Positions 49,900-62,558 of a stretch of 64,000 bases of DNA are shown piece by piece. Both the position numbers and the translations under genes were made by a program. The stretch lies in assembly GCA_026026165.1 (NCBI GenBank), contig JAPEUD010000054.1, positions 1 to 64,000 on the forward strand, given 5' to 3'. This DNA comes from Sarea resinae. Lineage: Eukaryota. Numbering within the stretch: the first letter of the stretch is position 1; every line of letters begins with the position of its first letter. The notes below the pieces were generated by a model. The model was not told the origin of the DNA and did not search any database. It saw nothing but the letters and a program-made list of their open reading frames with translations.

Positions 49900-51006
49900 T
49901 CCATCTATGCGCCAATGTTCAATCTCGAACCCAGCGGATCCCACGTGAAAATCCATGTCGACGGCACATCTCTCACCCGAGAACTTCGAACGTCTCCGTC
50001 CCTGATTGTGGCGATAGTGGGTCTCCGCGCCTACGGCCAGCAGTGCGGCCAGCGCAGTATCCCCAAGGACCAGATGTCTACCTGAATAGCATAATTCCCT
50101 GCTATCTTGTGGCATTGCAAGTTCGCCGCGGCCGGCTCAGACGTGACAGATCTGGCGCGGGCACGGTACTAGCTAGCAGCGCCGGCCAAGCTAGCTTTGC
50201 TCGTCGCAAGTGCACTGAAATGTGATTATTTGATCATTGCCCAGATGAATCTGTGTGATTCCTCGCTATGACTTGCGGGACCCCTTTCACAGGAGGCCCT
50301 CAAACGTCTTGCAAGAAGGCCGAGAAGTGGGCTAATTCCGCGCACGCTTTTCTTCGTCACGATATACGTTTCCCTTGATAGCCACTGTCTTCCGGTTGCC
50401 AACGTGATATTGATATCACTGCCTCCTTTTCGTTGCGTTCTTCGTGTCCATTCAACAAAGCCATCCTTCGGCGGGGTAGGCTTTTTCCTCGAGGTTCTAC
50501 AGCCATCTTGCGCTGTAGGGCCGGCTTTCAGCAGCATATGTGTCCATCGGACAGGCTCACATGTCCCCACCTGTATCGTAACCGAATTTCATCCCATGCC
50601 AGCGATATGTCTCTTTCACTTGTTTCTTGTCTGCGCAATATCTCATTGACTCCCCAAGTCAGAATTCTGGAAAATTATCCAACCTAGAACAACAGCGCCG
50701 CAACTCTTCCTCTAGCAACGGCAGCTGTCTCAGGTCAGATCCTTGAATCCTCAACTTATCATTGTGTCCAGTGCCACCCTAAGCCCAAGGGAAAGTTTGA
50801 AGTGATAACACTGCGTTCTCTATGATTGGCATTTTGATCGCAATCGACGACACTCGGTCCGTTTCGAAGAGTACTTGCCACCGAATATCGAAGACAATAA
50901 CGGCTTCTGGCTCCAGGGTAAGGTCCTCTCCAGATCCCCGGTTTCCAAAAAAGCACAAACTTTTCCGTCCAATCAAGAGCCGCGGAAAGAATCGAGAGGT
51001 AAACAT
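49900..51006 (-). pseudogene. decayed FHA-domain + Ser/Thr protein kinase gene
   Basis: In order on the minus strand: FHA-like LLIGRKSLC...GSG...IVFDIRWQVLFETD (ORF 51006-50779), KTVAIK (about 50391-50374), GNYAIQVDIWSLGIL (50099-50055), IFTWDPLGSRL (about 49952-49920); frames shift and stops intervene. Confidence 0.5.
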
Positions 51007-54000
51007 ATTGCCTGCGCTTCGATCTGGTTAGACTCTCTATACTGGAGCGTAGAACAACTTCGAGCCGTTGCTGTTCCAGAATTATCGCAACCTTCCAGAC
51101 CCAGGCATGAATGGGGCCGTATGCACATTCGGTCGCTGATTATTTGAGCCTTGAATGCCAACGAATCCTCAATTATTGCCAGCATTTCTAGACCTCCTAA
51201 TCACTTGCAACACTCCCGCTCTTTTTTGCTCTCCATTGCATTCCATTCGAACGGTTGTCCATCCGAAGTTTCCGAACAGCCTATAAAATATAGGTCCCTG
51301 ATGCACAACACGCCTCAATTCCCATTATCGCTATCGCGTCATGTTTGCAAAGTGATCTCTGAAGTGAGCTGGCGTGAGGGAGGGAGAGGCGCGAGGGGAG
51401 ATCGTGAAAGGAGGCTGAGAGGGGATGGTCTGTAAAAATTCTTTGCTTTCGTTTCGAACGCAGACGGAGATAACGAGCAGATTGCAGATTTGAAAATGAA
51501 TAGGGTTGATCACGAAGCCCGGGTGAAGAAGGCCATTTGAGCATCGTGAGACTACTCGCCAATCGAACACTCCTCTGTTCCCCCGAATTCTGGCTCAAAG
51601 AATTTCATTGGGCCTTCTTTCTGTTGTCGCCTTTTGTTGCCTTTGATAAAATTCGTAGCTCGATGGCTGCTCATCACGCTCTTTCCACCCATGAAAATAG
51701 GAGAAAACCTCCACAACGGGCCCAATGGCCGGGGTTTTCCTATCGTACAAAGCACATCAGGGAGCGATAGCATTTCTCGGGGTTTCCCTGGTTTTTTGGC
51801 AACACGTACTTCCAACTCATATGCCAGCTTGCCCTTAGATCCAGTGGCATCGAATAGCAGCTTGTTTTCCGGTGCCCTGCCATCTACCTATAGTAGACTA
51901 TAAATTATTGATACAGGGTGCCTCAGGATTTGTATCGTGAAACGTTTCCAGCTGGTTTATCATCCGGATTTCATCGCTTGCCCCATTGTCTATCATAGCT
52001 TAGACAGGGGAGCGAGATCAAACATAGTCACTTCTTTTGCGTCGCCCTCTTCCGCGGTACACCATGCGCTGTAGGGAGCCGGCACCCCGCACACCTTGCG
52101 CTGTAGAGGGTTCCGGCCCCTCTCTCCACTCCGCCCTAATGTCAAGATTTTGACGGCAGCAACAAGTCGAGCTCTCCGACACAGAGTTCGCGATTGACAC
52201 ATCCACAGGTTCCATGTCACTCGACAAGTTAGCCCAAGACTCATCAATGTCACCTCTTTCAAAATCAACCAATCTTTACTCGGTCCTGTTTCGACATGGC
52301 CTTCTGTTTCGGAACCAGCTTGGCAGGGGGACACTGGGCGCCTGCGCCCAGTCTCAAATGAGGGTTCCAGGAGACATCTTGCGCTGTGAGGAGCCGGCAA
52401 GCTGCGCTGTAGAGGCCGACAGAAGCCTCATACAAGCCCACAGCTCTCTTCGGGACCTATTTACACTTCACGCACGCCTTATGCATTTATCCTGCTTCGC
52501 GAGCTTTTCAACAATAAACAACATCATTCTGAATTAGCCATCCTGGCCACACAGCGGTGGCTTTCGTATCGCCCCTAATTGTTCTTCTACAGTATCTGTT
52601 AGCATCCCTCTTAATCTCGAATTCTCGGCGCGGCCTAAGCCAAAACAAAGTGTGTTAGATAGGGATAGGGTCGAGTAGACAGTGCAAAAATCAGGCAAAG
52701 AGAAATTAGGGCAGAGAAAACTGGCAGGCTATAAAGGAGAGCTAAACTTACATCTCTAGAAGTGGCCGCAGCTAAGCCCCAGAGGGCGGAAAGATTCAAG
52801 GGTGGGGCATCTGGCCACTTTTGCCATAAGGCCCTAATAGGCTTGACTAGGTCGCCAGACCACGCCGTACTGCCCACCCAGTCCACGGACGATTCGAGGA
52901 GCCAGTCAAAAATATCAATCTAAATTTAGCACGTTAGCTGTACTCTTCCTTTGATTGAGGCAGGAGTATTTCTGCTATCTGAATGGAAACAGATGGCTTA
53001 CGAACAAAAACACCCTTTTAGTAAGCCGGCTATGCTATTCTTCTCCAACTTGGTCCGCTCTTCCCCTTGTTGGCTGTTGTTTTCGGGAAGCACCTCTGAC
53101 AGCCGCGTACTGGAAGGTGTCTCTAACGCCTGTATACTTTTGAACAAGACATCCTGCGGTGATCAATTTTCCACCCGACCGCAGTCTAGGTCTTCGCTTT
53201 TGCAACGCTGATTTTGTCTTTTTCGTCTATCAGGATAGACGAAAACAGTCAGAAAAGATGAGTACGAGCTACCGAGTCATCCCTGAAGTCAAAAGCCTAA
53301 TCATTCTGCGCTGTAGAGTGAGCGGCAACCAGTAATTTCGTAGGTGTTAAGTGGATAGAGGCTCGAGCCAAGACCAACACATAGATACCATAGACTCTTT
53401 CACTCTGTCGATAAGGAGAAGTGACTGGACGAGGCAATAGTTGAACCATGGAGTAATCGCTAATAGTCTCTTTCATTGAATAATGTACCCCAACGGCGCA
53501 AATCGTTCATTGATTCACACTTCCTCGGCGGGAGTCCATGCTGATGTTGGTGGTGTTGGGTTCGGCGGAAATGGGATGCACCGGAGATAGGCATGAGCCA
53601 AAAAGAGAAATGCTTCAAATTCGGCCTGCTTCATCTCGTGAAAACTCCGATTCTGTGTCGAATCGCTATCGAAGGATGACCTGCGAGAAAGCCTCTATCT
53701 GTGACTGGTCATCCTAAAAGAACCCCAAGATCCAGGTGGCCTGCACCTAGAATATCAAGTGCTGTTCAGGAATCAATGCAGTACAGAAAATTTGATTATC
53801 TGCTTCCCGTCCTCAAAGGCCATTGGCAAGAATCGTATATCAAATTTGTATCGCGTAAGCCTATAGCTGAATTCCCAAGCCCATGCAGGTGCACATTTGC
53901 CATGGATGCTGCGGGCATATCCGGTTCTCCGGTTCTATTTCCCCGGCATTTGGGTCTGTATTTGCTTCTCAGTTGAGGGGGAGACTTCATCACTCAAGCC

Positions 54001-56167
54001 CTCAAGTCTGTCGAAAGCGCTTGTCAATATCTCATTTTCGTGGTAGGGTTCCTCAGACTAGCATCAATTGCGCGCCCGGGGCTAGAAGCTTCTCGTCTTT
54101 TGTTTGCGTCATGCGTATCCGCGTTTCTCTGTTCTCAGAGTCGGCGATCGTTGCCTCGCTCTCGCTGCCTCTTAAATGATTCCTTTTTTTGGCCTTGAAC
54201 GCAGCGAAACCAAGCGAAAAGCAGACCATCACGAGACAATCGCGAGTCTTGTTCGCAGTAATCATATCTCCTAGATCCGTACCGTAGAAAACCCATTTCT
54301 CTGATCTATGCCATCGCCTCTGGATCTGGTGACGTTCTCTGTAATGACAGCAATGAGTTGTCTGGCCGGGCGCACGAGGTCCGCCGGCTATTAAATCAAT
54401 GCAGCACATGTCGTAGGCGTTGAGCACGGTCGAGGCCACAATTCAAGGGATTGTAGTTTCAATCCTATAGGATCATAACGCTTATTCTATCCTCGTATGA
54501 GCGGTTGACGCAAGCTATCTCAGTATGAAAACAGCTTGTTTACGTGAGTGTTTCATTCCCGTTTCAATAGAAGCACTCCCGGCTCGTTGGGTCGAAAGCC
54601 TCACTCAGAGTGATTCAATATTTGCTCGTTGATTGGCATTTTTTTGAGTCATTTGACGTATCTCTGGTCAGTCAGAGCGCGGACAGGACGTCTTCAGTCT
54701 CCAAGCATGCCCTTCTTGAACTGGAGTGAATTTTTCAATTTCCTTCTCTTTTCAGGCAGCTAGGTAGATCTAACCCGTTCCAATAGGTATCGCCTCATTT
54801 TCCACCATTATCATACTTCCAATCCATGGTTGCAGACTGAAGCATCTTCCTAGTTGTTGTCTTCGTGCTGCCTATCGCTGCTTTCAGGCGAGCCGTCTGA
54901 ACAGAAGTTCTGTTTAATGAACAGGCTAGTCCAGACGACCTTGTCTTCAGGCTATCAATGCTCCTCGATTCGCCCTTGGTTCAATGTGTTCAGATGCTTA
55001 CGGGGAGGCAGTCTTGCTCCTCGGACTTTCTTTGGGCGCAACCCGAAGGTTCGTAATACTGGGATCCATAGTCGACACTAAGAAGGGTATAGTGGAAAAG
55101 ACTTGCGCTGCTGATATGTAGACCCAAACAGCCATGAAGGCTGCACCATACTCTCATAAGCCTGAAAGCCTTTACCGTTGCAGTTTTCGGAGCTCACCAA
55201 AACGTGGTTCTGTAACAGCTACTGTTAATGGCGCAAATCAGGGTATACATAGACGGCGGAAAATAGATCTAGATGTCGGCTCTGCCCTGTATCAATATAA
55301 GCGCTATCATAGAGTGGCTAGCATTGACATCTAGCTTACAGCTGTATGTTACGTACTCTATCCTTGATCGGCTGCTTTGACGCCCTGTGCATGGGCCGAA
55401 GGCACTGCGGAAACGTTTGAGCGGCATAGCAACGTCTCCCGCATCTTCGCGGGTGTTTTAAAGCAGGGATTCTTCGCGCTGCTGGTCCTCGCATGTTTGT
55501 AACCCGTTGCATCTAGAACAATATTCGAATATAGTTGGTCGTGAACGGGTCACCACTCTACTGGTCGCACCCTGCATAGGAGCCTCGAAAAGCTGGCTTT
55601 GGTGTTCGCCAGGTCTCCCGATAAAGGTGACCAATTTGCTGCAGCCATTCCTCGTGGAGATATAAGAAAAGAAGAGTGTACGTGCTGTACGGTCCGCTCG
55701 CGCAAAGATAGGGCTCCAAAAAGACGGGTATATTTAAGACGGGAGGTCTGTAGGTGGTGTGTATAAAGCCAGTATGTAAAAGTTGGGCGTGTCTAAGAAG
55801 AGCGAAATACGATGCGTGTGTATAGGGTATGTGACTTCTGTCAGACAAGTGCTTACCACAAACTGGAAAAAGACGAGTGGGTATAATACAAGCGTGTACA
55901 AGGCAAATGATGATCAACGCGTCAGTGAACAAGAATGTATAGAGCAACCGTGTCGTATGACGGTATGACAGGCCGAGCAGAGACGGAGGCCTGGCGTGTT
56001 GACCACTTCCTATCCTGCAGGCAGCTCAGCTCGGAAGAGACATAGGGTGACGCAGGCGAGGATAATGACAATGAGAATAATATTTAGGCTGTCGACGATA
56101 ATGATGACCGAGACAGTAATGAAAGGGCTGCTCGTAGGTTGTTAAGCTGTAACGCGTGTGTTTGCTG

Positions 56168-56242
56168 CTTTGTATAGTGTGTCTTCGTATAGTGTGTCTT
56201 CGTATCGTGTGTCTTTGTATGGTCTGTCTTTGTATAGTGTGT
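56168..56242. repeat. 15-bp minisatellite, 5 copies (CTTYGTATAGTGTGT consensus)
   Basis: Read directly. Confidence 0.9.
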
Positions 56243-57151
56243 GTGCGCGTGTTGTGGAATTGGTAAGTAGTAGATGGTTGAAGAGGAAGAGGAAGAAGAA
56301 AAGAGAACAGTGGGCGGGACGAGGGATTAAATACTCAAGGCTTCTGGCGTACGTTTGTCGTGTTATACTTGTTGACACCCCAACACTGCTGAAAGCACTT
56401 GCCTGGTTTTCCATGTTATAGTTGTGGTGTAATGTGGTGTTTCTCGTGTAGAGAGAGCTTTCTTTGCTCAAGGTTGTTGTTTGCATGTCACCATTGCGCG
56501 GAGGGGACTTGCCTCAAACCTCGTAATTTGTCGTCAGCATCGCGACAGCCGTACAGGTCGTGCCTAAATCTGGTACCTATAGCTCACTACCGACCCTGTA
56601 TTTCCCTTACCGTTGATCTTCCCTGATGAGCGTATGTAAGTTGTTTCTACTTTCTTTCCTAAAGAGGCCAGTCATCCTGTGCTTTCCCAACGAAGTAACA
56701 AAACCCGACACTACCTTTCGAACCATGAACCATTATTGACTGTCCTAGAGCCGTCAGTGTATCTGGGTCATGGTAGACCAACAAATGATTTACTGTTCAA
56801 AGGGAGTGAACAAGAGGAAGGGTGATTGGGTATTCACAGCAAGAGCAGTGGGTATATGAAAAGCAAATTGCGTCATTGTGAAAATAAGACTGGTCCCTCA
56901 TGCCTGGCCAAATTAGGCATATGTAGCTGGATGTGGCTTGAAGTCGTCTTGGTGAATATGTATTTGTTCGTGCAAGGTGCCTCAACTACCTTATGCATAT
57001 CCGTCCTCAGAGGAGTTTACGTACATGCCGTTTCCCTCCCCAGTCGGGAAAGCAAAGCCAACAACCCCAGATCCAGCAAACACCCAAATATCGATTCATC
57101 GTACGAACGACTTCAAGCTCCTGAGTAATCAATAATCATGCAAAGTAAAGG

Positions 57152-60100
57152 TTACGCCCAAACAAGCCTCTTGAGCTCGTAGCCCCACTGCTCCAGCAGC
57201 CCTGTCTGCTTCTTCGCCGCTGCGAGCGAGAGAACGTCTTCCTCTTTGACGAAAAGGCTTTCCGACGCTGGTTTCATGTCCGATGACTCGATGCTTTCAT
57301 CTCCTTTTGCCGGCTGTGTGGAAGTCAAATCTTCTGTGTGCTTTTTGGGCGAGAGGATCTCGCCACCAAGTGCAGCGTGTTCGATCTCCGCGCAGATGGC
57401 GCGAATGAGATCTCTTTCGTTTGGTCGACGGGAAAGTGCACTTGCGTTGGTTTTAGGAGCATTCCGAGATGACGAAGAGAAAGGAGAAGTAGCTGATGAG
57501 GTCGGTAGAGCTTTAAAGGCGAGAATGCGGGTAGCTATAGGTGAATAAGGCTCGGAGGTTGAAGTCGGCTGCAGGTCTGGCGTATCAGTATCCGGGCCAT
57601 CATCAACCATTGGGGAAGATTTCAGAGACCGTGTATTGACACGCTGGACGTCTTCTTTGCCCGGCTTATAGCACACAATGAATCCAACATTGCGCTTTTC
57701 ATCACTCTGAGCCGATGTCAATGTTGACGTGATGTACGCACCCCATTTCAACCCTAGTATATGCCTCAGGTTGACGCGCTCGAACGAGGATACTTTTTCA
57801 GTTGTCCAATCGAAGCGTACGGCATAGAGGGCGGCATCTGTAAGCAACAAGACGCATTCTTCAAACGGTAAAGACCGGAGGGAGGAGTTCTGCTCGTGTG
57901 GGCAGAGCACCGTCCAACTTCCAAGAAGCTTTTCACTCTGATCGGCGATAACGATTTTGGCACTCGTGTCAATAGCGTTCTGACGGACTTTCAGCATGGA
58001 CATGGCGGGGTCGCCGCTCATCATCTCGGCTTCGAACTCTTCAAAGACTTGATCGGTAACGTTTCCCAGCAGATAGTCGATAGCGGCTTGCGAAAAATAG
58101 TCATTGACGATATTATTAAAATATCGAGAAAGAGTGAGACCGAAGTCATTGAGAGCGCCACGATAGTCACGCTTGCGAGTACGTGTGAAATCGCCTTTCA
58201 GAGCGGCAGTGGAGGAATATTGCTTCGAGATAGCATCGCCATTATCGGCCCAAAGCGTGTCGAACCACTGAGTCAAGAAAGTCTGCAGGTCTAAGGATAT
58301 GCCTTCATCCTTGAGTTGTGCCTGGAGCGCGACACGTCCGCATGCGCTTTGAACAACATTTGTCCGATCCAAACAGTCCATGCAATTCGTTCTGACCACG
58401 CCAGTCTGCTTATCGATGACCTTGTCATCTAACAAAACTGTCTTGCCAAAAGCTGATAGCCGCTCACTAAGACTATCGGTCAGAAGAGATACGTTTTCGA
58501 ATTTCATACCACGGCATGCGGAGTGAAAATCGAAATATTCTGCTGTAATTTTCTCGCTGTCCACTCCGCTCCCCTCGTTGAACATATCAATATTTCTCTC
58601 GTACTCCTGCCCAATTCTTGCTTCATTCCCATGCTTCTCCAACAAGGAGACGATTTGTATGTGGCCATACCTTGCTTTCAGGTTCGCGAAATGCTCCTTA
58701 AACGCTGCTTGGTTTGTTTCCGGAGAACGCTGCAGCAGCGGTACCGGCTTGAAGGAATAGGGTGACTGTGAAAAGAATAACGGAATTGAGCCTCTGAATT
58801 GCAAAAATGAGTAAACTTTTTCGGACGGAGGCCAAGAGGGCGAGGATAATATCTGCTCGGTTTCCACACTATTAGCTGTATAGCCTTCTTCGTCAATCCC
58901 CCTTCGAAGATAGCGAAGCCCTGCTCGCTTAACAGATCGGCGAGATATGAGCGTTAGAAGAAAGCTGCGTTTGCTGTCCTCGGATGTTGTTGGAGCTTCT
59001 TTGGAAACGTCGGTTGGGACCTGAGCACTATCTCCAGCTTCTTCTATCATGGATTTATCATGGCTTCCGGCTGGCTGGTCAACGATAAAGGTTCGCTGGC
59101 CAACAAAGCCCTGCATGAGAGGTAATACCAAGGATTGATGGCCGCCTTCGATGAAGGGGGATATCAGATGACGGTTCCAGAAAAACTAGTCAACGTGAGC
59201 AAGGGCCTTCAATAGTTCGGAGGCAAAAACCAAGAGTTCAACATACCAAGGGGTCCACCTTCTGATACAGCGGTAGATCAGAAGCTTGCGTGCCTTGAGT
59301 TGCAAGACTTCTGGTGATGTCGTAATCGTAAGAAAAGAAAAAACTCCGAGAAGTAAGCAATATCCGGGTCGTCCGCAGAAGCTTGGGCAACAGTGTGCTT
59401 GTGACATCCGAAGACGTAGACTCCTTTGATTCGGCTTCCTCGGAAGGTTGAGCACCCTTGCTTTCATTTGCTATGCCCCCGTTGACTGCAGGTAATTCTG
59501 GCGCAGGTTTGGGGCTCCCGCCTGCCTCGGTTTTCGCTGGAGGTTCATCTGGCTGCTCTGCAGTCAAGTCTTCAGAACTCATGCCCTGCATCCTCCTCTT
59601 CTCAACACTCCATCCTCTCCTTGAGAACCATCTTTCGGCGAATATTCCGTACTGGCCCTTTTTCCCGATCACATCTTCAGCGATGCTAGTCCGCCTCTTG
59701 TGTGCCGGTCCATCCGATATGGATTTCGGATCGTCTCCAGTAGCAGGTGCACTTGAAAGTGAGGAATTGTCGTCCTGTAGATCGTCGTCTGTAAAGACCG
59801 ATCCATCGGGCTCCTCATCAGACGCATCCGAGTCGCCATTTTCGCTCACCTTAACTGCTAGGCGCTTCTTGAGAACGTCTCTCGTCTGTGTGATAGCTGT
59901 AGTGGCTTCGGCTTGCGAAGATAAAGGAATGAGCGCGACATCGGTGATGACGTAGATTGGTCGTCCTCGTATTTGGGCAATCTGTTGACGGCCGGAAATT
60001 GAGATCAAAAAAGAAGCTGACGGGACCCTCAGCAACCCTTCAGGAAAAACCATCAGCACTCTGCAAGTAACGATCGAAGGTATCCATAGGGAGTGATCTA

Positions 60101-60297
60101 CCAATAATGCCATGCGCTTCGAACGATGCGGCTACCAAGGATGGGTTCTTGGGACTGTCGAGCACAGGTGCGATGCCATTCGTCTTGTAGTCGATCTTGA
60201 CACCGGGACCGGCGCGTTGATTTTTCTGAGCCAAAGGTTGCAACACAAGGCCATCTACAGCGGCAACAACGAGGATTTTGCGTACGAGCCCGGGCAT
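57152..60297 (-). CDS. SacI-homology phosphoinositide phosphatase with C-terminal hSac2-like domain (Sac2/INPP5F-like); exons 60297-60102, 60037-59247, 59185-57152
   Basis: MPGLVRKILVVAAVDGL; FFFSYDYDITRS; DPL|FFWNRHL; LISRRSVKRAGLRYLRRGID; ANSVETEQI; RGSIPLFFSQ; catalytic RTNCMDCLDRTNVVQ (CX5R); WADNGDAISKQYSSTAALKGD; C-terminal EECVLLLTDAALY. Confidence 0.94.
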
Positions 60298-60974
60298 ATT
60301 GCTGTTTCCTGCTGCGAATGAGCCGCTCAGGGCATTGTCGCGGGTTGTTCGCTGCAACTCTCGCAAGGCCCAGCTCGTTGCATCCCACCTCTGCACAAGC
60401 GCGGGCGCGGGACAGCGTCTGTCGTCATAGGGCTGGCTGGCGACTCTTTAGGATAGGTGTTTCCCAAAAACTACAACACCAAAGACTTCAATTCTTGAAG
60501 TGCACCAAATATGTTTACAGTGAACTTTTCGATCATTTTCTGTCTGACGAGCAATCAAATTTACATGGCGATATAGACGCCTTTAAGCAGACCAAAACCA
60601 AGTGTGCCGACCACTGACGCCGATTGATGTCCCGTGCCATGCTTCCAAATCCACCAGCCCACAGTACTTCGTAGTGCCGCATGACAACATACATGCGAGA
60701 TAGAACATGCCCCCAGGCACAAAAGTATCCTACAACCAGCCCCATTCAAGTCCAGGGATCCATCAGAAGACCCTGCTCGAAGAAAACGCCATTTCTCGCC
60801 GAGCCCATGTCGTCTATGATACAGCACGCGGCTAGAGCCAGGAGTGCTTCCTGAGCAGAATCCAGACTCTCACAAGCCGCAATCAGATGTCTCCGTTCCA
60901 TCTTCGACAAATGCTCACTCGAAGTCTATGTCGGCAAATCTTTCATCAAATTGAAAAGTAGATCCAGAGCGTTC

Positions 60975-62558
<1,584 letters not shown>

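Noticed and set aside
52640..52940. Possible solo LTR starting TGTTAG
   Set aside because: No matching CTAACA end or target-site duplication found
52065..53316. CRISPR-like repeat-spacer array
   Set aside because: Eukaryotic context, repeats only about 10-20 bp, irregular spacing, no cas genes
38500..56600. Starship captain (DUF3435), transposase, reverse transcriptase or integrase
   Set aside because: I found no tyrosine-recombinase, DDE or RT motifs in the frames I translated; heavily degraded copies cannot be excluded without an HMM search
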